DNA from: Rotaria socialis
Taxonomy: Eukaryota
Direction: 5' to 3'
DNA: 64,000 nt
NCBI GenBank assembly: GCA_905331485.1
Contig: CAJNYT010000051.1
Coordinates: 407,310-471,309, forward strand
The notes under the pieces were generated by a model. The model did not search any database. It saw only the letters and a program-made list of their open reading frames with translations, and had not been told where the DNA came from. This document shows positions 12,911 through 25,199 of the stretch, piece after piece. The translations under genes were made by a program, and so were the position numbers. How positions within the stretch are numbered: the first letter of the stretch is position 1; each line of letters begins with the position of its first letter.

Positions 12911-14250
12911 ATGCAGTTTAATAAGAGTACTGACAATACTATCCCAAATGCTATTGTCCAACCGTCACCATCGGCTGATCAAATTGAAATCAAACGAATT
13001 CGAAAAATTCTTTTGGTCTTGGTTGGCTTTTTCTTCGTGAGTTTATTTAACGATTACTGAAAGTTAGAGGAAAACACACTCAAATATTGGATAAACTTTA
13101 ACTTAACGGATCAGCGTCTTTACTTCACTCTTAACGAACAAATTCAGATTGAAACTTTTATTATCGTCAATGTATTTTAATTAAACAAATCATATGACTA
13201 TGTAAATATTCGTTTTGTAGGTAATATCTGTGTTGAATATGTTAAAAAGGAGCTTGCCGATTAAGAATCAAAGTGATTCAACAGCCAATATGAACGTTTT
13301 TATAGTTGGAATATCATTTCTGCCGATTCTATTTGATACCTTTGGAATCTTCGTCATTCGTGGATACCATCGAAAGGGCGTGTCTGTGGTATGTTAAGTG
13401 TTTTTCGCTTCCTATTTTCTGACGAAAATAGAGATTTATATGCATCGGATAAAGTGCTTAGGCACGGAAAAGATATTTGCCTGGCAACTAGAATCAGGAT
13501 AAAAGTTATTTTTTAATTCAGAATTATACATTTCATAGTTACTTAATATTTGCTCGAATGTACCAATTTATGCGTTATATATTTCAACTAGATATGAAGT
13601 AGATCAGTATCAAACAGCAATTGTAATTGTTTTCAAGTGATTTGGAAACGCTTCTTTCTTTAACGAAATCAGCTAATCTGGTTGAAACGTAATATACTCT
13701 AACGAAAACTAGGAAAACCATAATTAATCATTGATTTGATAACATTCCTTTTAAAAAACTAGCTAAAGCAGTATATTGAATGTGATACGCTTCAGGTGCG
13801 TATTGATTCATCCGAAAAATGTTTCGAAATCTTTTTCATAGTACGTGTGTGTTCTTTAGGAGAAATTTTTTAAAATTAATATTATGTGAAATGACGTGAT
13901 CAAATAAATTTCTTTTTTTAAATATTATCAATCACTAGTTTGCATGGCTCAAGACGATCGAAATGATATTCATTGGCTTTTTTCTGGCGTTTATCATTTA
14001 TGTCATTGGTCATTTATTATTTACTACGGGCCAAACTGATCGTTCTAATCGCTACTCGAATATTCCCACTGTACTCCTTATCGTGATTTTTGCGTTGTTT
14101 GCAGTTTGTGTTGCTTTAAAAGTAAGTAGTGTTTCGTTTTCATTTTGCGGATATACTTTAACTATTTTCAGGTGATCGTCATAAAATATACTTTCAAATT
14201 GGCACGACTACTTAAAAGTGAGGAACAGTTCAACAATCTCACAGTCTAAT
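12911..14250 (+). CDS. Small multi-pass (about 4 TM) membrane protein of unknown family; 184 aa, 4 exons (paralog A)
   Basis: Exons 12911-13036 (gtgagt donor), 13221-13388 (gtatgt), 13939-14121 (gtaagt), 14173-14250 (stop TAA 14248-14250). The translation is MQFNKSTDNTIPNAIVQPSPSADQIEIKRIRKILLVLVGFFF|VISVLNML...FIVGISFLPILFDTFGIFVIRGYHRKGVSV|FAWLKTIEMIFIGFFLAFIIYVIGHLLF...IVIFALFAVCVALK|VIVIKYTFKLARLLKSEEQFNNLTV. Confidence 0.65.
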
Positions 14251-17200
14251 TTTTCTCGTATACTGTATTATAATATATGTTGTTTCGTCTATGTAGTATA
14301 CAATTTTTTTCTATATTACTATCTAGAATACTTCTTGCATTCAATAAACTAAAATAACTGTAGTATAATAATAACAGAATCATATATTACTGCAAGAGGA
14401 GCAAAATCTGAAAAACAGAACAATCAAAATATCGAACAACTCTGATGGCATCCAGACTCGTCTTCTTATAATGATCTGATATAGTTTATCTTGAGAGTAT
14501 TTACCTTATATAAGATTGAAGTTTCTACAAGAAAAATTCAACGAACAGGAGCAGGAGATCTTTCAAAAACACGGGAGAATATTTTTTATCATCTGTGTTG
14601 AAAATTTCTGGGAATGATCAATCCTTATGTGCATTTTACATGTGTTTGTTCTTGTATCCTCTGAATATTGTTTGCGAATGATAAAGAAATACAATCGGGA
14701 TTTCAGCTGAATTATTTATAGCAAAGGCTTGATGAATAATGTCGAGTTTGATGAGAACTAGATGTATCTTATTTGAAAAATCCAATGTTAAACTATAAAC
14801 ACATGAACGACATTGTTGTGAAAAAAAGACGAAAACAGAAAAGTTATTATTTCATCTGAGATAATGTTTTCAGATGATTTTTCTAGTAAGTATTACAAAA
14901 AATAACAACGCAATCGGGAAGAATTACAATTAATAATCTATAGCACAACATAGATGCTGGTGGTAAGAATTTAGTAAACATATTAGCTCGACCGAATATA
15001 CTGAAATTCTGTCGAATTATTCATTTACTGAATAAATTGCTTTGAGATTTGCATTTTCAGAAAGGAACGTGCTGTTTTTCCCGCTAGAACCACATTTCAC
15101 AATGGTTTCGATTTCTAAGGAATGGGAGACTACTTTAACGTTCAGTATATATGGAGAGATTTCGTTTCAAGTATAGTTGTATCCTGATATAACAGAAGTT
15201 GTGGAAAAAACGCAAAGATAGTTAAGAGAAGTAAGATTGAGTTTGAGTGAGTTCTCTGTGGCTAGACACATTGGTGATTTCGCAACGATTCGACATCTAC
15301 TTCCGTCTTGGTCGCTCGATATTCTTTTCGAAGTTCGACAAACTAGAACTAACGCATCTCTCAATGAGTATTTAGAAGTCGTTCGATTTCTCTTGGGAAA
15401 AAGTGTGCTTAAACAGATGCAATGAAAGATCTCTTCAATCGATCGATCAATAGTTGCAACAACGAAACTCCTAAAGCAGAATGTTTCACAGGACGTATGT
15501 ATTCTGCCTTTACAGCTTCCGGTAGTTTGGATGAGCGTAACATGACTGGCGATGATCTCTGGTCGAACAAAGTTGGCGAGTTCATCACCGATAAAGCATT
15601 TATGTTCACGTCAAAGTAATGTGGCAGCAGAGATGCAAAAGATCTTGTTTGTTCACTGTATCTACCACGACACGAGTAAGCTCTGAATATCTGAATAAAG
15701 CAGAACTGTCCATTCCTCTCGACATTCCATTGACAGTAATCAAAATAAACCTTGGATAACCGATGATGATAATACTTACTCGTTGATAATTATTTCAATT
15801 CGCGAACGAATTTGATAGAAGCACTCTATATTCGAATAATAAGAAAAATCAGTTCTGTTATAGAAAACCAAGTAGAATGCATATACAAACTCAAGAAAAA
15901 TGATTTAGAGAACTATAATGAATGCGCGCTTCAGAATGTGGCGTATGCACTGTGCGGAGAAAACTATCTGGAAACTGAAATCCACTCTTTATCTAACGTA
16001 AATTAGGTGATACTAATAACTTTCAATAGTATGAAATTATTTCACTTTAAGACAATTGATAAAATATTCAAAGAGATTCACATTTATTTTCAGTTTTTTA
16101 TTACTTTTCTGGAGGTCGTTCGTCGTTGATAATAAAACTTTTAGAAATCAACAAGGAGATATAAAGAGTGACTGAAATTTAACCGTACCTGAAGGATCAA
16201 GAAGAAACTTCTCGTAGTTTTTTTTTCAACTGGATTCTTCAATAAATCAATATAATTTGTTAGTCTATTGTAATCCTATTTATTCATTTCAGTTTCAGAT
16301 AAACAATAAAATACGTTTTGAATATCAACAGTCAATGGAATATTTATTTCAAATAAACTAATAAAAAATATGTTGCTATGTCATGAAATGTAACCAGCAA
16401 TAGACAAAAAAATCGATTGGTGAGATAAATGTTCATTTCAAGCGGGAAAATACCGTTCAGGTCAAAAATGAATTCTTTTCCCATTCTGTCTATAACAGAA
16501 GACAAACTATATAAGTGTAAGTCAGCGTGTGTATACTAAATTTATATTGAGTACTTTTGTCGTCACTGTTCAGAAAAGAGATTCGTGCATATTCAACATA
16601 TTCCATGCTCCACAGAACTTTACAAACACCAAATATGAGTACTTTTCATTCTTCACATTCGTTCTTTCCCAACGATTCATTGAAACCAAATTTCTTATCA
16701 GCTCTGTGACATTTGTCATGCATCACCACAAAACTATGAAAGCTTTCCCTGATATCGTAAATGATTTTCGGCATCCCATCTTCTTGCAAATTTCCCCATC
16801 ATTGTTTTAACCAAAGTCAACCAAAATCTAACCGACTGTAAATTTTCCCAAGTACTGTGCAAACTCCTTTTTCTCTTATCGCGAATACCTGTACGTTCAT
16901 TTCGATTACATACGAACGCATTTTTCTTCTATGGGAAAAATGATTTTTCATTTATGCAAACTATTTTTCTCATTGAGTTTTACAGTGGTTTGACGTTATT
17001 GGGGGAACGGGATATTTTCGTTACTGTTTTTTTTTTGTTTACTGTGTGTACCGTAAGTTTAGTTTTTAAGCATTTTTGACATGTACGTCATTTTTCCGCT
17101 TGAAACGAGCATTTATGTCACCGATCAAATATTTGTCTAATCCTCAATGTAACTGGTGAACTACGATAGAACAGTTTATTTGAGAGATAGAAAAGTTTAT

Positions 17201-17883
17201 CTAAGATATTTTGTAATAGTCTATAGAATCTTTTCATTTTTCGTAAGTAAGAGACCACGAGCTAACGAGAAGAGAATACAAAAAAAAGAGTAAACAATGG
17301 ATTTGAAAAGAATGTTAACTTTATCGATTATCGCGCTTTACTTCTACTCTCTTCTTTTGTTATTCTTAAATTCCATTTCATACTGCTGATCTTATCAATA
17401 CGTGATTCTTTTTCTCTTATAAAATCTGAGCTGATGCGAACGTAGAGATACGGCGGTTGGGCTGATATTAAACAGTTCAACAAATATCATGATTGACTAG
17501 AACAATACTCATTCATACATGTTGAAGATACACTTCTCAACACGCTTAAAAGATATAGTAACTTTCTATATGCCTGATACTAGACGTACCGTAACACATA
17601 TGGACTGAAGTTACCGTCGAATGACATGCTAATGCAAACATTTTGTATTTTTCATTTTTCTTCTGCGTGACTTCTGTTAAAACTACGGTGAACTATGATA
17701 AGAAATTCATTTATCTTTATTTAGCTGAATCGATAATAAGCTAAATTTCTTTTCGTGTTCCATTTACTTTTTTTTTATTGATGAGAGAAATTTACAAAAA
17801 AGCATTTATCGTTTCTTCTGCATTTATTTCGAAGATTCAATTAGCTTTTGCTTATTATTCAAACACAATACACCAAAGAAAGT

Positions 17884-19659
17884 ATGATGATAACCGTGCA
17901 GAGCGATATCCCGAATATTAATGTTGAATCATCACCATTGGCTGATCAACTTCAACTGAAACGAACTCGAAAAATTCTTCTCATCGCAGTTGGTGCTTTT
18001 TGGGTGAGTTTCTTTTTCTAATCGTTGCTCAAAGATAATTAGATAAGTATAGTGACTTTTTTGGTTAAAACAGATTCAAATATTAGAACGAATTTAACTG
18101 ATTATAGTGCCTTTTTGTTTTATTTTGAACAGCAAAATTCAGATTAAACCTTTCATTGCATTCTATGTATTTGAATTTGAACGTAAAATAACATATTTCA
18201 GTATAAATATCCATTTCACAGGTACTCTCTTTGTTCAATATGATTAGTACTGGTCTCGAGTTGCCAAGAGTACCTGATTCAGAACGAAAAATAAAAAATT
18301 TAATAGTTGGACAAGCTGTTTTATCGGTTGTATTGAACACTTTTGGACTATTTGCCATTTTTGGTTACCGTCGAACAGGCCTACTTGTGGTATGTTGAAT
18401 ATTTCTTTCCATTCATACATTTTTTTTAGAAGATAGCGAACAACGTGTTTAAATGTGAACAACAAATAGTTTCGTCACGGCTGGAACCAAAATTTGAAGT
18501 TTTTCATTTCTAATAATATAGTTCACGGTTACGTCAACACGTTGACGCATGAGCTCTTAATAGATATGTGTCACAGAGCGAGGCAAAATTAAATTAAAAC
18601 TAAAACGACTGGTCAAAGTAATGTGTATTTATTGATGAATCTATATGGTTAACAAAGACTTAAAAGAAACGTTAGAAAAAGTGGTCAACGTATCCTGACA
18701 TTCGAATAATCATTTGAAAAACTCGATCAGTGATTAAATACAATGAATTGAGCTACTGAATAGTTTAATCATAAGATTTTCTTCTAAATAACAGCGATGA
18801 TTGATTAACTAGTCCTTCTAATCTTTTAACAAACGTATGCTGTATAATAGCTGTACCTATGTTTAGGTAGATAGTGTTCATACTTATATAGCTGTATATA
18901 TATATATATATATTACTGTGCGAAGGATCGAAATTAAAATAAAAAATCTCTCTCACTCTAAATTCAACCATTCGTTATCTTTCAATTAACTCTGGTGATG
19001 AGAAATTGATTCAGTTTCTACAATAACTGTAATCGACCATTTAGTAAACGTTATTATTAGTCATATTTCATTTAGAGACACAGCTAGCTAAAGCAGCAAT
19101 TATGTTTGTTTCGATTCATTAGGAAAAATTACTTGATCTGGTTGAGATGCGATTTACTTTAAAAAAAAGACTAAAATCATCGTTAGATTCAATGATGTCG
19201 CTTAAGTACTGAAAGAAAGTAATAATCAACTAAAGTACTTTTTCTCTCGTTGCTTGTTTTTCTACAGAATTCTATTCAAAATAATATTGTGAGAAAGAAC
19301 ATTAATTAAAAAGGGCTTTTCTTTTTAAATTTTCAATCATTAGTTCGCATGGCTTAACATCGTCGAGTTGATATTTATTAGCATTGTGATTGCATTTGTT
19401 TTATTTGCTGTTGGTGAAGTGATATTTGTAGCAAGTCAAAACAGTGTTCACAACGCTCACATTATGGGTCCGGGAATAATTATTGCCATAGATGCCATAT
19501 TACTGCTTTCTTATTTCGCTGTAAAAGTAAGTCTTATTTCTGTTTCAATTTTTTAATATAATTATTTTAAAACAATTTCAGACGTTTATCGTCAAATATA
19601 GTTTCAAATTGGCACGAATCATTAAAGCTAATAAACAGTTCATCACTCAAAAAGTCTAA
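17884..19659 (+). CDS. Paralog B of the small 4-TM membrane protein; 182 aa, 4 exons
   Basis: Exons 17884-18003 (gtgagt), 18222-18389 (gtatgt), 19344-19526 (gtaagt), 19582-19659 (stop TAA 19657-19659). Exons 2-4 have exactly the same lengths (168, 183, 78 nt) and phases as paralog A. The protein is about 45% identical (FAWL(N/K)..E(L/M)IFI, KY(S/T)FKLAR(I/L)(I/L)K). Confidence 0.65.
18890..18915. repeat. (AT)n microsatellite
   Basis: Run of ATATAT in the intergenic region. Confidence 0.8.
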
Positions 19660-20671
19660 TTTATCTTCTTTACTAAATTGAAAAAATATGTTTTATTTGA
19701 TCTACGTAGTATTCAATTTTATTCTGTAATATTAGCTAGAATACTTTTTTTCTCTCAACAAATTGAAATAAATGTAGTATTATAATAATGAAATTATATG
19801 TCGCGAAAAGAGGCGTATACTCTTAATGAAAGAAATATTAAAACCATCGATCAAATCTAACGGCATTAATGAATTAGACTTATCTTCTTATAATAAAAAA
19901 ATGCATTATATCTGTTGAGAGTACTTGCCGTACATACAATTGCAATTTCTACAAGAAGGATGTGGGTGTGAGTTATACGAATACTCAGGTGTCTAAACCC
20001 ACAGCCACCGTCACGCCCAACTTTGTACTATTTGGAAACCTTTCTGAAAAGGTGCCTAGACCAAGCTCGTATATAAAAAAGTTTCAAGGGAAAAAATTGC
20101 GATACAACTGTGCATTTAATTCAAAAAACATTTTCTTTAGAAGCGAATCGTTTTATTTTTTGCTTCTCCATCATGCCGACAAGTCAAAGCTTGCATTAAC
20201 CAATGCATCACCCCACCTATTAAAAAAGAGACAACTAGTAATAAAAGGTAACAGTAGACATCCATGCTACGACTCATAACCTGTATGGTTCGACTGAAAA
20301 AAGTGAATTACTCACCTACAGCGAATGATGATGCATTAATATCGACATTGGTCTAAATAAAAAAAAAAAACACTAGACTCATAAAAGATCAGGCGTGATA
20401 CTTACTGTTGGTGCTTCTTTACCATTATTTAATTCATTCAACGATTATTGCTATAACGAGAATAATAAGAAAAGATATTTTTATTCGAAATGGAAGAAAT
20501 GCTTCTTACGGAAATCGTGAGAATACTACGAGCTAAATGATTGCTATCGGGTTGCGCCGACAACTCTTTGGATAGCTAAAAAGGATGAAAATTAATATGG
20601 ATTGAAGAAAATATTGAATACTTGAAATACCTCAGCTCTCTGTTGTATGAACACGTTCTCATGTAATAAAA

Positions 20672-21135
20672 ACCGCATGAAAATCGGCGGTTAACCGCGG
20701 TTTTGCCGGTCCGGTTACCGGCTCTCATTACCGCATAACGGATAAATACCGCGGTTTACCACAAAAAATGAACTGGCATTTACCGCGGGAAACCGCCGGT
20801 TTTGATTAATACCGAGGTTACCGCTAAAAAAAGCGGTTAACCAGTTCATCTATAATTTTTCACAGAAAAAGTCTTCCAAATCATCAATTAATCTATTTTA
20901 AAGATCTTTTTTTTTAACTTTTACATGTGATAAACATGCGCAAAAAAACGCCGGTTTACCGCGGTTTTACCGGTCCGGTTACCGGCTCCCATTACCGCAG
21001 AACGAATAAATACCGCGGTTTACCGCAAAAATTGATCAGGTATTCGCAACATGGGTTACGCAGAACGAATAAATACCGCGGTTTACCGCAAAAATTGATC
21101 CGGTATTCGCAACATGGGTTACGACGTTCATCAAT
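20672..21135 (+). repeat. CCGCGG-rich dispersed repeat element, copy 1. Two sub-units are separated by an AT spacer. The 3' 48-bp motif is tandemly duplicated
   Basis: Dense accgcgg / ccggttaccgg motifs in an otherwise AT-rich context. Its reverse complement recurs at 51530-51910. Confidence 0.8.
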
Positions 21136-21235
21136 ATATTCATTGGTATGGTCCATCAAGAAGAAATACTAAAGATAAATAGATTAAAAACCGTAATCTA
21201 ATATAGCACCTAATTAAATACCAAGTGTTTTCTCT

Positions 21236-21500
21236 CCCAGGTCGAACAGTCCGGTCTGGAAACGGCAGGTTCCGTGTAGTTCCGTTAATTTTGTGGAAGC
21301 AGTATTCCGGTTGGAAAATTTTCGCATTTTTCTGGTGATTTCTGATTAATTCCTGCCGGAAAGCACCGGAACTTGCCAGGAGTTCGCCGGAAAAGTTCGG
21401 TCGTATTTTTCACCAGAATACAGCTTCCATGTTCCAGCAATTTCCCGCATATTTCCTGCAGTATCCTACGAGATCCGGCGGCCGGAATGTTTGACCCTGG
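21236..21500 (+). mobile_element. MITE-like foldback element (about 265 bp), copy 1. TIR CCCAGGTCGAACA...TGTTTGACCCTGGG
   Basis: Terminal inverted repeats plus an internal palindrome (ggaagcagtattccgg / ccagaatacagcttcc). 85-90% identical to 48821-49117. Confidence 0.75.
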
Positions 21501-22199
21501 GCTGAATTGAAAAAACTTTAGTTTTGTTAAATGATCTAAATTAAGAAAAAAATTAAGAATTTAGGATAATGCAAAAAGGGGAGTTTTATTTGCTGTATCA
21601 ATAATTTGTTTTGTATCTTTAGATTATGGTAAATAATGCAATATTTTTAATACGTATAAACAGGAGGATGAACAAATATACAACAAGTACGTTATATATA
21701 TATAAATTATTTTTGATATCTATTTTACAAGACTTTTAATTGAAGTTTGTGGTATCATCTATAATATGAAATTTAATAAAAAATAATAAGAAGTAAGAGT
21801 AAAATACAAGATTTGAGATAGACATATCTGGTCTACATACTAGAATAAAATGGAAAAGAATAAATAAATAAATAAACAATCGAATAGATAAGCGTTCAGT
21901 GTTGGACAAACTTTTAAACGAAATAGAAAAAATAGAAATCCATCCTTCAAAACGTAATGCATTAGTATCTTGATGAGAGAAAACGAACAAAATATCTATT
22001 AAAATTTACAATTTTTACCATAAAATTTTCTGTAATCACTGAATTTTAGAAATCTACCACAATATGAAATATATTTACAACAAACTTATTCTTCATAAGA
22101 TGTCACATACGTACAAAGTCTGGTGCGAGAAGCTCTCTTTGAGCAGGACTAGAGTTGTGACAGTTCACACCCACGGAAAAACAAATTCTTCAAAAACGC

Positions 22200-22460
22200 G
22201 CTTAACCTCGGTTTTCTCACTTCCGCTTCGGTTTTCATTTAGCGGACCGCGGTACTACTCGCGGTTAATCGCGGTGTGATCCACAGCAACTAAAATAAAC
22301 CGCAGTTCATTAGCGAAAAGCTGCGGTCTCAGAGATTACTTAACGCCGCAATTTTAAAAAAGCTCGCTTCAATTGAATGAAACCGCAGCGTTACTTTTTA
22401 CAAGATATACGGTTATTAAGAACGCGCTTATGTGCAAGTTTACCGCGGCATTAGAGACTG
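22200..22460. repeat. Diverged member of the CCGCGG/ACGG-rich repeat family
   Basis: cggaccgcggtactactcgcggttaatcgcgg..., related to 48480-48670 (ttttacggaccgtttttccgctag). Confidence 0.5.
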
Positions 22461-24041
22461 CAATTTTTCATGATTGGAAGAGTTGCGATAATCGTTGTGG
22501 TCATTGAAGAAGATAAATATAAAAACCTGTAGAAAAATTCGCAAATGATAGTGTTAATTTCCTTCAAGTCTTGGTATATGTTTACCATACTTTTTTCTGA
22601 TGATATTCAGACTAATTTTGTATCATAGAGCGAAGTGTCTAAGTGATTTCTCTCGATAATTAAGTATTGGATTATTCGAAGGAACAATAAAAAAAAGAAG
22701 TCTACGCCATGAATTCAAGTTTTCAATGATGATTTCACCTGCTCCAAGTTTAACGTAACTAAAAAGATTTTCATGTTTTCTTTTTGTGAGAAAGTGATAC
22801 TTTCATGGTAGTTTGTTAAATTATTGATAGAACGATATATGCTGCTTACAGAAATAAAACGTATTAAAAGTGAGCGGATCTTAGATATGTTTTTCTTAAA
22901 TATAGTGCAGAAACAAATATTTCATTTATTATGTAGTAAAACAAAGTTATCAAATAAAGAAAAATAAGAGAACAAACATAAAATACAGAAATTCATCACG
23001 ATTCATATAAGTTAGGAAAACGAGCAAGGTAACATACTCTGTCGTTTTCATAAAAACAACATTTCTCAATGACATTCCAAGCATCTATAAAATCAAATAC
23101 GTCATGTGAAATATTTCCATATATTGATCGAGATCAGCATTCTCTCGAATAATCAATAGTCGAGAAATAGTTTAGAAAAAAATTTATTTGAAAATTATGT
23201 TTTGTATGTTCAATCATGTTACTTATATTCAGTTTTGTATGCATAAAAAAACCGGTGAATGGCTATAGTTCATTTTTATGCTGCCCGTATTGATTTAATT
23301 GAAGGGCAATTAATTATTTGTATGGAAGTTCTTGATAGATTTTATCCAATTCTTCATTCATGTTTTAAACCAACTAATATGGTGTTAGATTTATTTATAC
23401 AAAGATTAGCAAAACATGTTTGTTCTGTTTTTATTTTATTGACAACGAATTCGTTTAGATTATTTTAGCACTTGATTATCTTTAATTAAAAAAAATTTAA
23501 TTCATCGAGATATAAAAACACAAAATATTTTAGTTGGACGCCACGCCAATCAATATTTAAATTATGTGATTTTAGAATATGTGGAACTTTGAAAGATTCA
23601 CTTTCATCAACTCATCGTTGATCATTACCAGGGTTGCATCTCTTCCGCTTTTTCGAATAAAACCTGTTGCATATCAAACATACGTACGGAATAATATTTG
23701 ATATTATTGAGTCAATTCTTATTGTTTACAAATACCGTGAGTCGTGATTCTTTTATGTTTGAAACTTTGATGAAATAAAAAGAAATCCAATAAACATGAA
23801 ACAATGCCTAATATTCTCAGAAGCATTACAAATCTGCAACAATATAAGCTTCAGCTTTTTAAGATCAGTTTTCCGCTTTTTAGACTTCATCAGGTGGCAA
23901 CCCTGACCCTAATAACAACACTTAGCTAGTTTTTGAGTATAATAACGGCGCATCATTACGAAAATAATATCAGAGAATTTATTCACAAATAGCATATCTA
24001 TTTATAATCGTTGTATAGGAATGATAACAAACTCGGTGACT

Positions 24042-24088
24042 GGACAATTCGTCGCGAGACAATTCGTCGCATGGACAATTCGTCGCAA
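24042..24088. repeat. Tandem array of 3 copies of a 14-bp unit GGACAATTCGTCGC (left arm)
   Basis: ggacaattcgtcgcgagacaattcgtcgcatggacaattcgtcgc. Confidence 0.85.
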
Positions 24089-24367
24089 TGTTAATTAATG
24101 AAAGAGAATATGAAATATCGCTCGACATAATTAAATCAAGTCGAATGCGTTGAACTTAATGAGTAAACCCACTATATTTTGAAAGATATTATCAATCTCG
24201 TGGAAAAGCTAATAGCTTGATGGGAAATTGAAAAAAAATCATTAAAAACAAATCATTAAAAACATTTTCATTTATCTTCCAATAAAAATAAAATGCTATA
24301 TTTTATCACAATTATTCTTTTCTCTCTTTGCTCTCTCTCTCTAGATTAAATTATGTTTACTGTATAT

Positions 24368-24503
24368 GCGACGAATTGTCCGTGCGACATATTTTTCTTG
24401 CGACGAATAGTCTGCGACGAATTGACTATGCGACGAACTGTCCATGCGACGAATTGTCCGCCACAAATTGTCCGCGACGAATTGTCTCGCGACGAATTGT
24501 CCT
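24368..24503. repeat. Tandem array of about 9 copies of GCGACGAATTGTCC, the reverse complement of the left-arm unit (right arm)
   Basis: gcgacgaattgtccgtgcgac...gcgacgaattgtcc repeated with 0-7-bp spacers. Confidence 0.85.
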
Positions 24504-25199
24504 AGTGCCAACAAACTCAACTAGTTGAGTGTTGTTATTAGGGTCAAAAAATAGCTTGACATCAAGATAAAAGTAAAAAGCCAGTTGTGTTGTTATTGGG
24601 GTCAACAAAAAAGCTGGCTGTTGTTATTAGGAACAAAATTTCTTTTTCGATTTTAGACCTTCTCGTTTGAAAAAATTTATTCCACCCAAACTAACATCGA
24701 GTTTTCATGAACCTTTGGTCAATAAGAGAGTTCGACACGTTCTACAAAACTGCTACAGACATCTCTCCTGTGTCTCTTATAGGAAATGTGAAAAAAACGT
24801 TTTATTTCTTGAAAAAGATCAATTTGCTTGAATTTTGTTAGTGTTGTTATTAGGGTAACTTACTCTACCGGTTACTACACTGTAAAAAATCATCATCCTA
24901 TCGACTATACAAACATGTAGCTGTCACACATTAAACATAGCGCGTGTACATTTCTGGAAACAAACTGAGCTATACGTAGGTATATCCACACTCCTAGGTT
25001 CAATTTTTCTTTAAAAACAAGTTCGTCATAATTAGTAAGCGTGAGTGCGTGTTTGTTTCATTAACCACCATTTAGAATTCGATTCTTTTTATCGAAGAAT
25101 ACAAAATATTCAAGCATTTCATGATTAAAATAAAATAAGTTTTAGATGAAAGTCATTCGGAAATAATTGAAGTCGTTCAGAATCAGTTCTCTCAGGGAT

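Larger units (their letters stand above)
23905..24546. mobile_element. Foldback or MITE-like element (about 640 bp). It is bounded by about 28-bp inverted termini (gaccctaataacaacacttagctagtt / aactagttgagtgttgttattagggtc) and has internal inverted arrays of a 14-bp tandem repeat
   Basis: TIRs at 23905-23932 and 24519-24546. Extra solo termini at 24583-24605, 24616-24634 and 24840-24862. Confidence 0.65.

Noticed and set aside
20927-21172. 81-aa ORF with an internal duplicated peptide (NKYRGLPQKLIRYSQHGLRR x2)
   Set aside because: It is a translation of the tandemly duplicated CCGCGG-repeat unit, not a gene
24042-24503. CRISPR-like array (regularly spaced 14-bp repeats)
   Set aside because: Eukaryotic context. 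The repeats are directly abutting or have spacers of 0-7 bp. They form inverted arrays within a foldback element
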